From Squalus acanthias (lineage: Eukaryota), in NCBI GenBank assembly GCA_030390025.1, contig JASTWF010000346.1, positions 186,001-250,000 of the forward strand: a stretch of 64,000 nt of DNA. The letters are read 5' to 3'. The notes below the pieces were generated by a model. That model did no database searches. It saw only the letters and a program-made list of their open reading frames with translations, and was not told the DNA's origin. The position numbers and the translations under genes are program-made. Positions 35,709-44,752 of this stretch are shown in pieces. Within the stretch, counting starts at the first letter, position 1; each line of letters starts with the position of its first letter.

Positions 35709-38061
35709 TTACACGGTGCTCTCATCGTGCACGCGCACGTAACGTTCTCGCCACTCTCCCGTGTTTTCATGCTTGGTGAGGCGCTTGTCTCTTTTACAAT
35801 GTATGACCAATAGGTACACTACAATAAACACTTGACAGACGACTAAAATGTGGGAGGCTATTCTGATCCATGAAGGCACTTCAATATTGGTGAACAGATT
35901 CCACCACGGTGGAACCACTATGTCCAAAATGTCTGTTCCTATTTCGACAGTTTTCTGCTCTAATGTATAAAAATGTTTCTGTGATACCGCGACGGCTTTC
36001 AGAAGTTTGGTTAAATGCTCAGGGAGAGGGGGAATGAGGTATCCAAAATGCGCGACAAATCGCTGCAAGTCGGTGAAATTCTCTTTTACTGTGAGGTGAA
36101 CAGTGGATGGTTCAGGGATTGGGATGATTCGCTGTTGTGCTACTTGAACTTCAGCCCTGGGTTTAAAACAGAAACTGCTGTCACTCACCGGACACCGGCT
36201 ACGGTTTCCATGCTGGTAGTGTTGCGCTGCAGTGGTAACACAATATGTTCCACCCCCGATGTATGCTACCTGCGGAGGCACATGATCTTGTGCCATTGCC
36301 TCCATGGTGCAATTCATGGACTTGGCGCCAGCCGTTCTGAACCCGCACTGTGGTGTTAAAAAGGCATTCAAGTGCTGGGGGCACAGTATTATGTGTGCTC
36401 CCCTGCCACGACAACCAGAGAGATCTGTACCTGTCATCGTTTGCTCCCAGCGGATGACGTAAGGTGGAACCGCTGCATAACGAATGTGGGCTCCCCCCTG
36501 AATGACACCAATGTTCTCTACCCGATATACCGGGGCGGGCTTTGCTGTGTTGCCCAAAACCGGCATGCGTAATACTATTCCCATAATAGTATGGTTTGAA
36601 CGTCCGCAGTCCACGGGGACTGGGTAAGCTTCTGAAGCTAGCCTGAGCTGGCACGGACTTAATGCGTTCTGAAAAGGGTGAAGCGCCCGTAGGTGTTTGT
36701 TACTTATCCAGGACGGAACCAAACCTTGTTTTAAAATCCTCCAAATTACTGCGGCCCTCGCCCAGTAACCACGCCCCGTAAAGCACGCACACCTCGTTCT
36801 GCGCAGCTTGATCGGATGCATTCCGATCTTCCCTGATCAGGGCATTTACCGTACGCGCATGTTTCTCCAGCTCTGCTATAATTTCCTTTAAATGGAGAGT
36901 CATGGCTTGGTCCTCGTGCAGACCTGACCCTACCACTTTATTCTCATCTGTTAGAATGTCCTTTAACTGTGTTTTTAAACCATTAATCTGGGTCTGCAGC
37001 TCCACACTGTCTAGAGCGTTGACCACAGATGTCCCTGTGTTAAAAGCAGTGAACGCATCGTTCACCAAACCCCTTCTTTGCCTCCCTACTTGATCCAAAA
37101 CTTCCTGCGGTGCGGTGTACAAACTTGTCTTATCAATTTCTGCAAAATCAAACTCGTAAAATTGTCTGAACATCTTGGTCAACAGGACCTGATACAACTG
37201 TTCCGTCTTTTTGGGGCACCACTCTGGTAACCGTACCTCAGTGAGATTTAAAATCACCGAGGCCACCGCGTAATGTACCCCCTGAAATAGTATCTGGTCT
37301 GTGGGGACCAGTACCAAACCGTTCCCGGGTCCCTTACTAGCTTTAGGGCACCCTTCTTCCTCAGCTAGAACCACCGGAATCGTGGGCGGGGCTTTGCGTG
37401 GGCGCGTAATGAGTTCAGTGGCATTTACTGGGATCGGGGAGAATGGGGCTCCGCACCCCCTGGTGCTCGCATCCCACCTCATCCCCTGTCCGTTATCCTG
37501 CCACTGATTAATAAAAAATATGGAGATGCCTTTGGGGCAAACGTACTTTGACCCCCACATACATACATAAATCCCCTCATCCGGTTCCCACCATTTGTCC
37601 CAACAGACTTTCACTTGTCCGTCTGTCCCCGTAATTGTCCGATGGGTATTATTACCCAGTCGTTCCCACTCGACCAAAGAGTTTCTCATAGTTTTGCTCA
37701 GCTTTCGCAGCCACCACCATCGGCTCAATGGGACATCCCCACTACAGGTCAAACAAATCCGTTTGCCGACGGTGACGCTGATCCTGGGTGCGATGATCCT
37801 TACTTTGGGGCACATTAAAGAAGTCTCTTTGTAGGCGAACCCCGATGTGCTGGAATACTCCGTTGAGTTCGTTCCCAGCCATCCTGGCCACCTTCCCTTG
37901 TGGAAATAGGTGCTGGTCCCCTCTGCCTTCCGTCTTCCGGTCCCATCCACCGCGATGGGGGCCGTGTCCCCGGAACATCCAAACACCACGACATCCTTGG
38001 TGTGGCCTCGATAGGCCAATCCACATCCGATTGCCACGAGCAATACTAGAATTCGTTCCAT
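35709..38061 (-). pseudogene. env: env of element A with a single +1 frameshift (T run at 36733-36736)
   Basis: Two overlapping ORFs together match the 783-aa Env of B with about 10 aa differences; GGATTTTAAAA in A vs GGATTTAAAA in B. Could be a sequencing error. Confidence 0.85.
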
Positions 38062-38373
38062 CCTTCCTTGGTTCCTGTGATCAGATAGAATGAGGTAGCC
38101 AGCCTCGCAAAAGTCTCTGGCTTTTGTGAAGGGTGAGCGGGTCCCCTGACCTCGCCTCACGTAAACTTCAACGTTTGCTGAATAGACTTCCTCTAAACCT
38201 AGCCTTAAAACTCCCATCATTTTATCGTTTTCTGTTAAAAACACTACAAACTTAGCCTTATTAAAACTACAAACTTAACCTTGAACTATAAACTTAAAAC
38301 TTAACCTTGAACTATAAACTTAAAACTTAAAACTAATAACTTTACAGTGCCGCCCGTTCTCAGGGCGGCCCCT

Positions 38374-41300
38374 TTAAATTCTGAGAAGGCTGCTGCGAGC
38401 TCTTCCCGACGGTGGGAGGGCACTGACCCTTCCCTCTGATCTGCCGCAGCCTGTTGCTGCGCTGACCCTTTCCTCTGATCTGCCGCAGCCTGTTGCTGCG
38501 CTGACCCTTTCCTCTGATCTGCCGCAGCCTGTTACTGCTGCGATGTGGCCTGTCTGTACCCGGGTTATCTTAACCTGAAGTCTACGCCTTGGGGCAGTCT
38601 GGGGACATGACCACATCCTCCTGGGCTGGGGTTCTCTACTTGACCTACGGGGAGTTGCTATGGGCGGGGGTTCCGTGACGGACGGACCGGGTTCCGAGAC
38701 CTCCAACGGGATGACCTGGGGTTCCATCACAGTCGCCGGCTCCGCCTCCGCTGACTCCGCCTCCCTAACCTCGGGGCTGGCAGTTCGTGGCTCCGCCCTG
38801 CTCGGCCCAGCAGGCGGCCCTTCACTCGTGATCTCTGCCTCCCCTGAGGACTGGACGTTCAAAGCGGGCGGCCACATCTCTGGGAGCCACATTGGTACTC
38901 TCTGTGCTCCTATAGCGGCTGGCCCTGCCTCCTGTAGCTCCTCCCTCCTGTCCTCGGGACCTGCAGCTTGTGTGTCCACCCCGTGTGGATCTCTACCTAT
39001 CGGCCCCATTCCCCCCAGACCGTTCCTCAGGAACCACCCGTCATCATCACTATGCTCATCTGCACTATCCTCATCTGACCAGGGTACCCTGGGTTCTTCG
39101 TCATCTAACCCCCAACTCCAGAAAAACGCTGCATGATCGTCCGGGATGTCCCTTCCCCTGATGCAAGCTGCTATGCCTGTCTGTGTGCCTTGTGGTCCTA
39201 CCTGGGGCTGTGCTTTCCCATTGGCGGGATTTACCCCTGTAGTTTTCCCCTGCGCACCCGGCTGGTACAGTTTGCATTGGTTTATGTGGAACCACTTAGT
39301 GCGCCGAGGTATTTTTACGGCGTAAACCATGGGACTCGCCTTGTCTACAATGTTGTAGGGTCCCATATACAGTGGTTCCAGACTCCCTACTCTGGCGTAG
39401 TTTCTGACCATGACCTGGTCTCCTACTTCCCACTCCCGCGTTTTGCGGGGTTCCAGCAACAAGCGATTGCCCTGATGCTGCCTTCCCATGTTCCCAGCCG
39501 CCTGCTCATAAACTTGCTTCAGGCGCTCCAAGAGAGTTTGGGCGAACTTGTCCCTGCTTATCTCTTGAAGCTGACCCTCAGTGAGCATCGGGGCTAGCAC
39601 ATGGGTGGGGGTTCGCATGAGCCTGCCGGTCATTACCTCGTGCGGGGAGTACCCCGTACTTTTTGACTGACTGGCCCGGACCCCCATGAGGACTAAAGGC
39701 AGAACTTCCGCCCACTTTTGGGGCGAGTTCCTAGTCTCTTTCCTCAATTTCTCCTTCAGGGTCCGGTTGATACGTTCAACAATCCCGGATGACTGGGGAT
39801 TGTGTGCTACGTGCCACTTCCCTTCAATGCCCAAAAGCATGAGGGTGTTCTGCATCACCTGGCCGGTGAAATGACTCCCTTGGTCTGACTCCACGAAACG
39901 GGGGAGTCCCCACCGCGAGAACACTTCCCGGACCAAGATTTTTGCTGTACCCAGTGCCGTAGCTGTTCGACAAGGGAAGGCTTCCACCCACTTGGAAAAC
40001 ACATCCACCAGGACGAGGCAGTACTTATAACCTCCCTGGGTGGTGGGCAGGGGTCCTATATAGTCGATCTGTATCAACTGCCATGGTCCCTCTACCCTTC
40101 TTACGTGTCCCATGGGCACCTTCCTTTTCTGGGGGTCTGGGTTGTTTGCAGCGCACACAAGACAGTTTGCGCAGAACTCGCGGACTTGTTCCCTGAGCCC
40201 TGGCCACCATCCCGCTTGCTCTACCCGTTGCCAGGTAACCTCGGGCCCGGGGTGCCCTGCCCCTGGTCCCTCGTGAGCCAACTGGAGGAATTCCCTCCTG
40301 TGCTGCTGCGGCACAACCCACTGCTCCCCGCGGAACAGCATGCCTTCCTTAACTGAGAGGGTTGCCGTACTGTACGGACCTTCTACCTGCCTCCCCTCAG
40401 CAATCGTTTTTAGGACTGCTTTTAGGGCGGGATCCTGGGCTTGGACGGTCTTAAGGTCTAGGGGCAATGCTACCCTGGTGTTCCCGGTATTCCCGTCCCC
40501 GCCTCGGACCGCTGCTATGGGTCCGGTCCTATAGGGGTTCCAGAAAGTGCCGTCGCGGGCACCCTCCCTGGCTAGCGCATCCGCCTGCCGGTTGCCCTCC
40601 CCACGGGGCTCTGTGGAGGAGTGAGCTTTCACCTTATGGATGAAAATCTCCCCTTCCTCCCCTACTGCTGCTGCTAAGATCTTTTCCAGCAAGGGCTTCA
40701 CCGTTAAAGGTCGCCCGTCCGCGGTGGTGTATCCGCGGCGGGACCAAATGGCCAGGTATTCCGTACACGAATTGCAGGTGAACATACTGTCCGAGCAAAT
40801 CGTGTATGGGGTTGGGAAAATGTCTGGGTGGGTCACCACGTACACCACGGCAGACAGCTCAGCCTGCTGCGCGCTCATGGTGCTAGGGAGCTTGATCGCC
40901 AGGGCAAGGTCTGCCGCAGGGTCATAAACTCCACACCCTGTGAGTCGCTCGCCAGCAGACACTGTGCTAGACCCATCAACATAAATCTCGCGCCCAGTGG
41001 GATGTATCCCGGCCCGTAAACCTATGTTGACGTCCCACACCCCTTCCACCGAACACCGGTGGGCTGTACCGGGGTATACCAAATTGGCCGCAAGCCTGGG
41101 CTCGCAAAGACCTTTTACTCTAAGATCCAACTGGGAGAGAAGAAGGGTCCAACGCGCAATGCGTGCGCTGCTTACGGTCCCGTCTTTAATCCTCCCATCC
41201 AGAAGCATCTTAGTTGGTGTGTGATGTGTGAGGAGAGTGATGGGGGAGAGCCCTGTGAAGATCGCTGATCTTTTCACAGCCCAATGCGTGGCTAAAAGGT

Positions 41301-42936
41301 GCCTTTCGCAATTGGAGAAACTTCTCTCCACATCCGTTAATACCCTGGATGAATAGACAACCGGCCTCAGCTTGCCGTGACGCTCTTGGAGCAGCACGGC
41401 GCTTAAGCTGTCTCCGCTGGCAGCTACCTCCAGGAAAAACTCCTTCCCCCCATCTATGGCCCCTAAGGCTGGCGCGGTCTGCAGATCCCTTTTTAACTTC
41501 TCGAAGGCTGCTTGGCAGCCCTCGTCCCAAAGCCACTCCACCCCCTTATGGAGGAGTCGGAGGAGCGGCGCCGCTGTGGCCGCATAATCTTCGATAAAAT
41601 CCCTGCAGTAACCGGTCAGTCCCAAGAAGGACCTCACACCCCTTACGTTGTTGGGAATCGGTAATTCTTGCACCGACTCCCTCCTTGCTTTGTCTATGGC
41701 TCTTTCCCCAGCGCGTAGGGTCAGTCCCAGGAATTTTACTTCCTGCTGACCGATACGTGCTTTCTTAGGGTTTACTTTAAAACCCTTTCTCGCTAACAGC
41801 TCCAATAACTCGTCCAGTAGTGGTCCGTGCTCCTCCCTTGAGTCCGTAAATAGGAGCAAATCATCCACATACTGTACTATCTGATTGGGCTGACTAAACT
41901 CCTTTAAACTTCCTGCCATACACTGATGAAAAATACTGGGGCTATTGTGGAAACCCTGTGGCAAACAGTTCCACGTGTACTGTTGCCCTTTGAACGTAAA
42001 GGCAAACTTGTACTGGTCCTCTCGCCGCAGCGGGATGGACCAAAAACCGTTCGAGATATCCAGCACCGTGAACGTGGTCGCGGACGCTGGGATGCTCCCT
42101 ATTAGGTCAGCAACTGCTGCTACTGTGGGCGCGCAGGCGGGAATGTTACTGTTAAGGACTCTGTAGTCCACCGTGGCTCTCCACGAATTATCCGGCTTCC
42201 TAACCGGCCATAATGGGGAGTTCACGTGTGTGGCTATCGGCCTCAACACGCCCTGCTGCACCAAGGAAGACATTGCTGTCTCCATATCGGGTTCTGCTTC
42301 TTTGGGGAAGTTATACTGCTTTTGGGGTCGGGTCATGGGGTCCCCATCTACGCTGACCTCAAACCCGACCACCCTCCCACAATCGTGCTTGTGGGTTGCA
42401 AACGCGTGCATATTATCTGACACGTACGTTTGCATGTCCGTTGGGACATCTGCGACCATAAGCCTGAGGTCGTAGCCTCCGGATGGCTGTACGGTACACA
42501 GGACCCCTGTTTCTTCCTCCCCCGGAATCACCATTACCTCGCCTTTTTCACCTTTAGCCCCCCAGAGACAGTGATTTCTGAGGTCCACGAGGATCCCGTG
42601 TCCCGCTAGGAGATCGGACCCGAGAATACCTCTTCCACCCCCCTTTTGCCATGCCATCAGTATACACTTCCACTTAAGGCGAAGTGTTCCTAAACGAATG
42701 GATAGCGGGAGGGAAAACGTGCCAGCCTGTTCTTTTCCTGTGAACCCTGCCAGCGTGAATGGGACCTTGGTAGATAGCGGCGAGTCAAAAGGGTTATCTG
42801 TATGGATTATGGTGCAAGAAGCTCCCGTGTCCAACAAATAACTGCCCTTCTGTTTCTCTACCTCCATCTCCACCACAGGTCGCCTCCACGCATCATAGCT
42901 GAGCGGACACAGGTAGACGGGCTGTGCTGGTTCTAG
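38374..42936 (-). CDS. pol: Pol (PR, RT, tether/degenerate RNase H, RNase H, integrase with GPY/F, long C-terminal tail), in frame with gag
   Basis: LLDTGAS; LPQGF, YVDDLL; IYVDGSS...AELSA...SDS...AHS...NRQAD; H-X6-H...CLVC, DYIG, SDQG, VER; GPY; about 1520 uninterrupted codons. Confidence 0.95.
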   Translation of the reverse strand, partial: LEPAQPVYLCPLSYDAWRRPVVEMEVEKQKGSYLLDTGASCTIIHTDNPFDSPLSTKVPFTLAGFTGKEQAGTFSLPLSIRLGTLRLKWKCILMAWQKGGGRGILGSDLLAGHGILVDLRNHCLWGAKGEKGEVMVIPGEEETGVLCTVQPSGGYDLRLMVADVPTDMQTYVSDNMHAFATHKHDCGRVVGFEVSVDGDPMTRPQKQYNFPKEAEPDMETAMSSLVQQGVLRPIATHVNSPLWPVRKPDNSWRATVDYRVLNSNIPACAPTVAAVADLIGSIPASATTFTVLDISNGFWSIPLRREDQYKFAFTFKGQQYTWNCLPQGFHNSPSIFHQCMAGSLKEFSQPNQIVQYVDDLLLFTDSREEHGPLLDELLELLARKGFKVNPKKARIGQQEVKFLGLTLRAGERAIDKARRESVQELPIPNNVRGVRSFLGLTGYCRDFIEDYAATAAPLLRLLHKGVEWLWDEGCQAAFEKLKRDLQTAPALGAIDGGKEFFLEVAASGDSLSAVLLQERHGKLRPVVYSSRVLTDVERSFSNCERHLLATHWAVKRSAIFTGLSPITLLTHHTPTKMLLDGRIKDGTVSSARIARWTLLLSQLDLRVKGLCEPRLAANLVYPGTAHRCSVEGVWDVNIGLRAGIHPTGREIYVDGSSTVSAGERLTGCGVYDPAADLALAIKLPSTMSAQQAELSAVVYVVTHPDIFPTPYTICSDSMFTCNSCTEYLAIWSRRGYTTADGRPLTVKPLLEKILAAAVGEEGEIFIHKVKAHSSTEPRGEGNRQADALAREGARDGTFWNPYRTGPIAAVRGGDGNTGNTRVALPLDLKTVQAQDPALKAVLKTIAEGRQVEGPYSTATLSVKEGMLFRGEQWVVPQQHRREFLQLAHEGPGAGHPGPEVTWQRVEQAGWWPGLREQVREFCANCLVCAANNPDPQKRKVPMGHVRRVEGPWQLIQIDYIGPLPTTQGGYKYCLVLVDVFSKWVEAFPCRTATALGTAKILVREVFSRWGLPRFVESDQGSHFTGQVMQNTLMLLGIEGKWHVAHNPQSSGIVERINRTLKEKLRKETRNSPQKWAEVLPLVLMGVRASQSKSTGYSPHEVMTGRLMRTPTHVLAPMLTEGQLQEISRDKFAQTLLERLKQVYEQAAGNMGRQHQGNRLLLEPRKTREWEVGDQVMVRNYARVGSLEPLYMGPYNIVDKASPMVYAVKIPRRTKWFHINQCKLYQPGAQGKTTGVNPANGKAQPQVGPQGTQTGIAACIRGRDIPDDHAAFFWSWGLDDEEPRVPWSDEDSADEHSDDDGWFLRNGLGGMGPIGRDPHGVDTQAAGPEDRREELQEAGPAAIGAQRVPMWLPEMWPPALNVQSSGEAEITSEGPPAGPSRAEPRTASPEVREAESAEAEPATVMEPQVIPLEVSEPGPSVTEPPPIATPRRSSREPQPRRMWSCPQTAPRRRLQVKITRVQTGHIAAVTGCGRSEERVSAATGCGRSEERVSAATGCGRSEGRVSALPPSGRARSSLLRI

Positions 42937-44748
42937 TCATGGGGCACTATTAGACGGTCCTGCGGCACCTACGGGGCCGGTTGCGACCGCCACCTGTCCA
43001 CGCGCATTCAAAACCAGCTTGCGCATGGCTCCTAACACTGCTTCGAGGTCGTCGGGAGGGGTGGGTGCCTTGGCTTCCTTAGCCGGGACAGGCGCCTGGG
43101 TTCGGACCGCGGGATTTTTATCCTTGGAATCCTTCCAAGGGTTCCTGCAGTGCTTGCGCCAGTGCCCTGTCTTCCCACACCCGTAACAGGCATTACTTGC
43201 CTGTGGGGCGCGATTACCCTCCTGATGCCACTCTCTTTGAGCCGGGGCTGCGGGTCGTACCTCATGTACTCTTCCCTTAAAGGGACGTGTCGTCATACCC
43301 CTTATGTTACGATAACCTAACGTGAGCCGATTCAAGACCGACTCTTCCGTAAGGTTGAGGTCATTGGGATCGAACCAGGCTTTTGCCTGCTCTCTAACGG
43401 CTGGTAAACTGTTGGCTATTATGCACCTAAGCCAATGAATTAGAGCGGCGCCTTCCACATCTTCGCGCTCGGGCGCACCTAGACAGCTGCGCTCATATAC
43501 TGGCCACAGCCTGTCGGCAAAAACCTTCGGGGGTTCTCCCTCCATCTGCACCGTCTGTCCCACTCTAGCAAACGGACCTCCGTCGTTCGCCCCCAACACT
43601 TCTAGGACCTCATTTTTTAATTCCTCATAACTTTTGTTTCCCCTCTTGCTCTCGCCTGAGAGACACTGAAGGACCGAGCTGTCTAATGAGAACAGCAGCA
43701 TTTTTGCTGTCTCCCCATCATCGCAGCCGTTAATGGCTGCGGCTTGCTCAACTTCCCTGAAATGTACGGAAGGGTCGTCTATCTCGGTCAGCTTCCGTAC
43801 GTGGTTTATCATAGCTCTCAGCTGATGTGAACTGTGAGGCAACACCAGCTGTCCGAGGAGATCCCCCGGTTCTTCCCCACCGTTTCTGCTTGGGCCCCTT
43901 TTAATACCCGTTACTGGATACAACGATCCCTTTTCTTCTTCCTTTTCAATGGGCTTTTTCGTTTCTTCCATTGCTTCCTCCCTAACCCAGGTTTCTGAAT
44001 AGCTGGGTGGCGCGGAGGGCGCAGTGGCTACTACTTCTTCTGCTTTACTTGGTGGGGATTTTCTAAATCTCTCATTTACTAGCGGCTGGTGCGCCGACGG
44101 ATTGATAAGGCACACCATGCCGTTCGCATTATTCACGGCCTTTTTGAGGCTCTCTATCTCCCTTTGGCAGGCGCTATGGTCGGCTCCCTGAAACTTATCC
44201 TCAAGGGCCAACTTATACGCCGACCTAACCCCCATTAAGCTCTCTTCTTGAGTTCTTATCTGGGCAGCTTGGCGGTTACATCTTTCCTTTAACCTACTCT
44301 CGTTCAATTTTGCTTCAGTGACCTGGCACTCGAGATACTCTATCCTTGTTTTAAGGTGACTGGAGACTTCCTGGCTTTCCTGGTGTAACTCATTTAAATT
44401 CTTAATGAGCACCTCCCCTCCAGAAACCTTCTCCTCCATTTCTCCCTCTAAATGGCTGATTCGAGCTGTTAGCGCTGTAATGGTCTGGTTTGAAATCTGA
44501 ACCTGCCTTTTGTAGCACATAAGCCAGACTGCTTTCTCAACTGCCTTTTTATGTTCCCTACTATCTGTCCACCTTTCAGCTGCCTCTAGTGGGCTCTTAT
44601 CCGCTAACAATTCACTTATCCACTTCTTAGTTAGATTAACCTTTCCAAACACATAATCCGCTATCTTTTCCTGCATAACATTTCGTACAGTCATTCCAAA
44701 ATCTAACACACTACCCTCTCGCTGCCAGTGTCCTGCCGCGGTCGCCAT
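42937..44748 (-). CDS. gag: Gag polyprotein of element A
   Basis: 603-aa ORF colinear with gag of B; CCHC knuckle. Confidence 0.92.
   Translation of the reverse strand: MATAAGHWQREGSVLDFGMTVRNVMQEKIADYVFGKVNLTKKWISELLADKSPLEAAERWTDSREHKKAVEKAVWLMCYKRQVQISNQTITALTARISHLEGEMEEKVSGGEVLIKNLNELHQESQEVSSHLKTRIEYLECQVTEAKLNESRLKERCNRQAAQIRTQEESLMGVRSAYKLALEDKFQGADHSACQREIESLKKAVNNANGMVCLINPSAHQPLVNERFRKSPPSKAEEVVATAPSAPPSYSETWVREEAMEETKKPIEKEEEKGSLYPVTGIKRGPSRNGGEEPGDLLGQLVLPHSSHQLRAMINHVRKLTEIDDPSVHFREVEQAAAINGCDDGETAKMLLFSLDSSVLQCLSGESKRGNKSYEELKNEVLEVLGANDGGPFARVGQTVQMEGEPPKVFADRLWPVYERSCLGAPEREDVEGAALIHWLRCIIANSLPAVREQAKAWFDPNDLNLTEESVLNRLTLGYRNIRGMTTRPFKGRVHEVRPAAPAQREWHQEGNRAPQASNACYGCGKTGHWRKHCRNPWKDSKDKNPAVRTQAPVPAKEAKAPTPPDDLEAVLGAMRKLVLNARGQVAVATGPVGAAGPSNSAP
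44730..44747 (-). promoter_or_regulatory. PBS, tRNA-Arg(TCG)
   Basis: TGGCGACCGCGGCAGGAC on the minus strand, 5 nt from the LTR. Confidence 0.85.
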
Positions 44749-44752
44749 TTTC

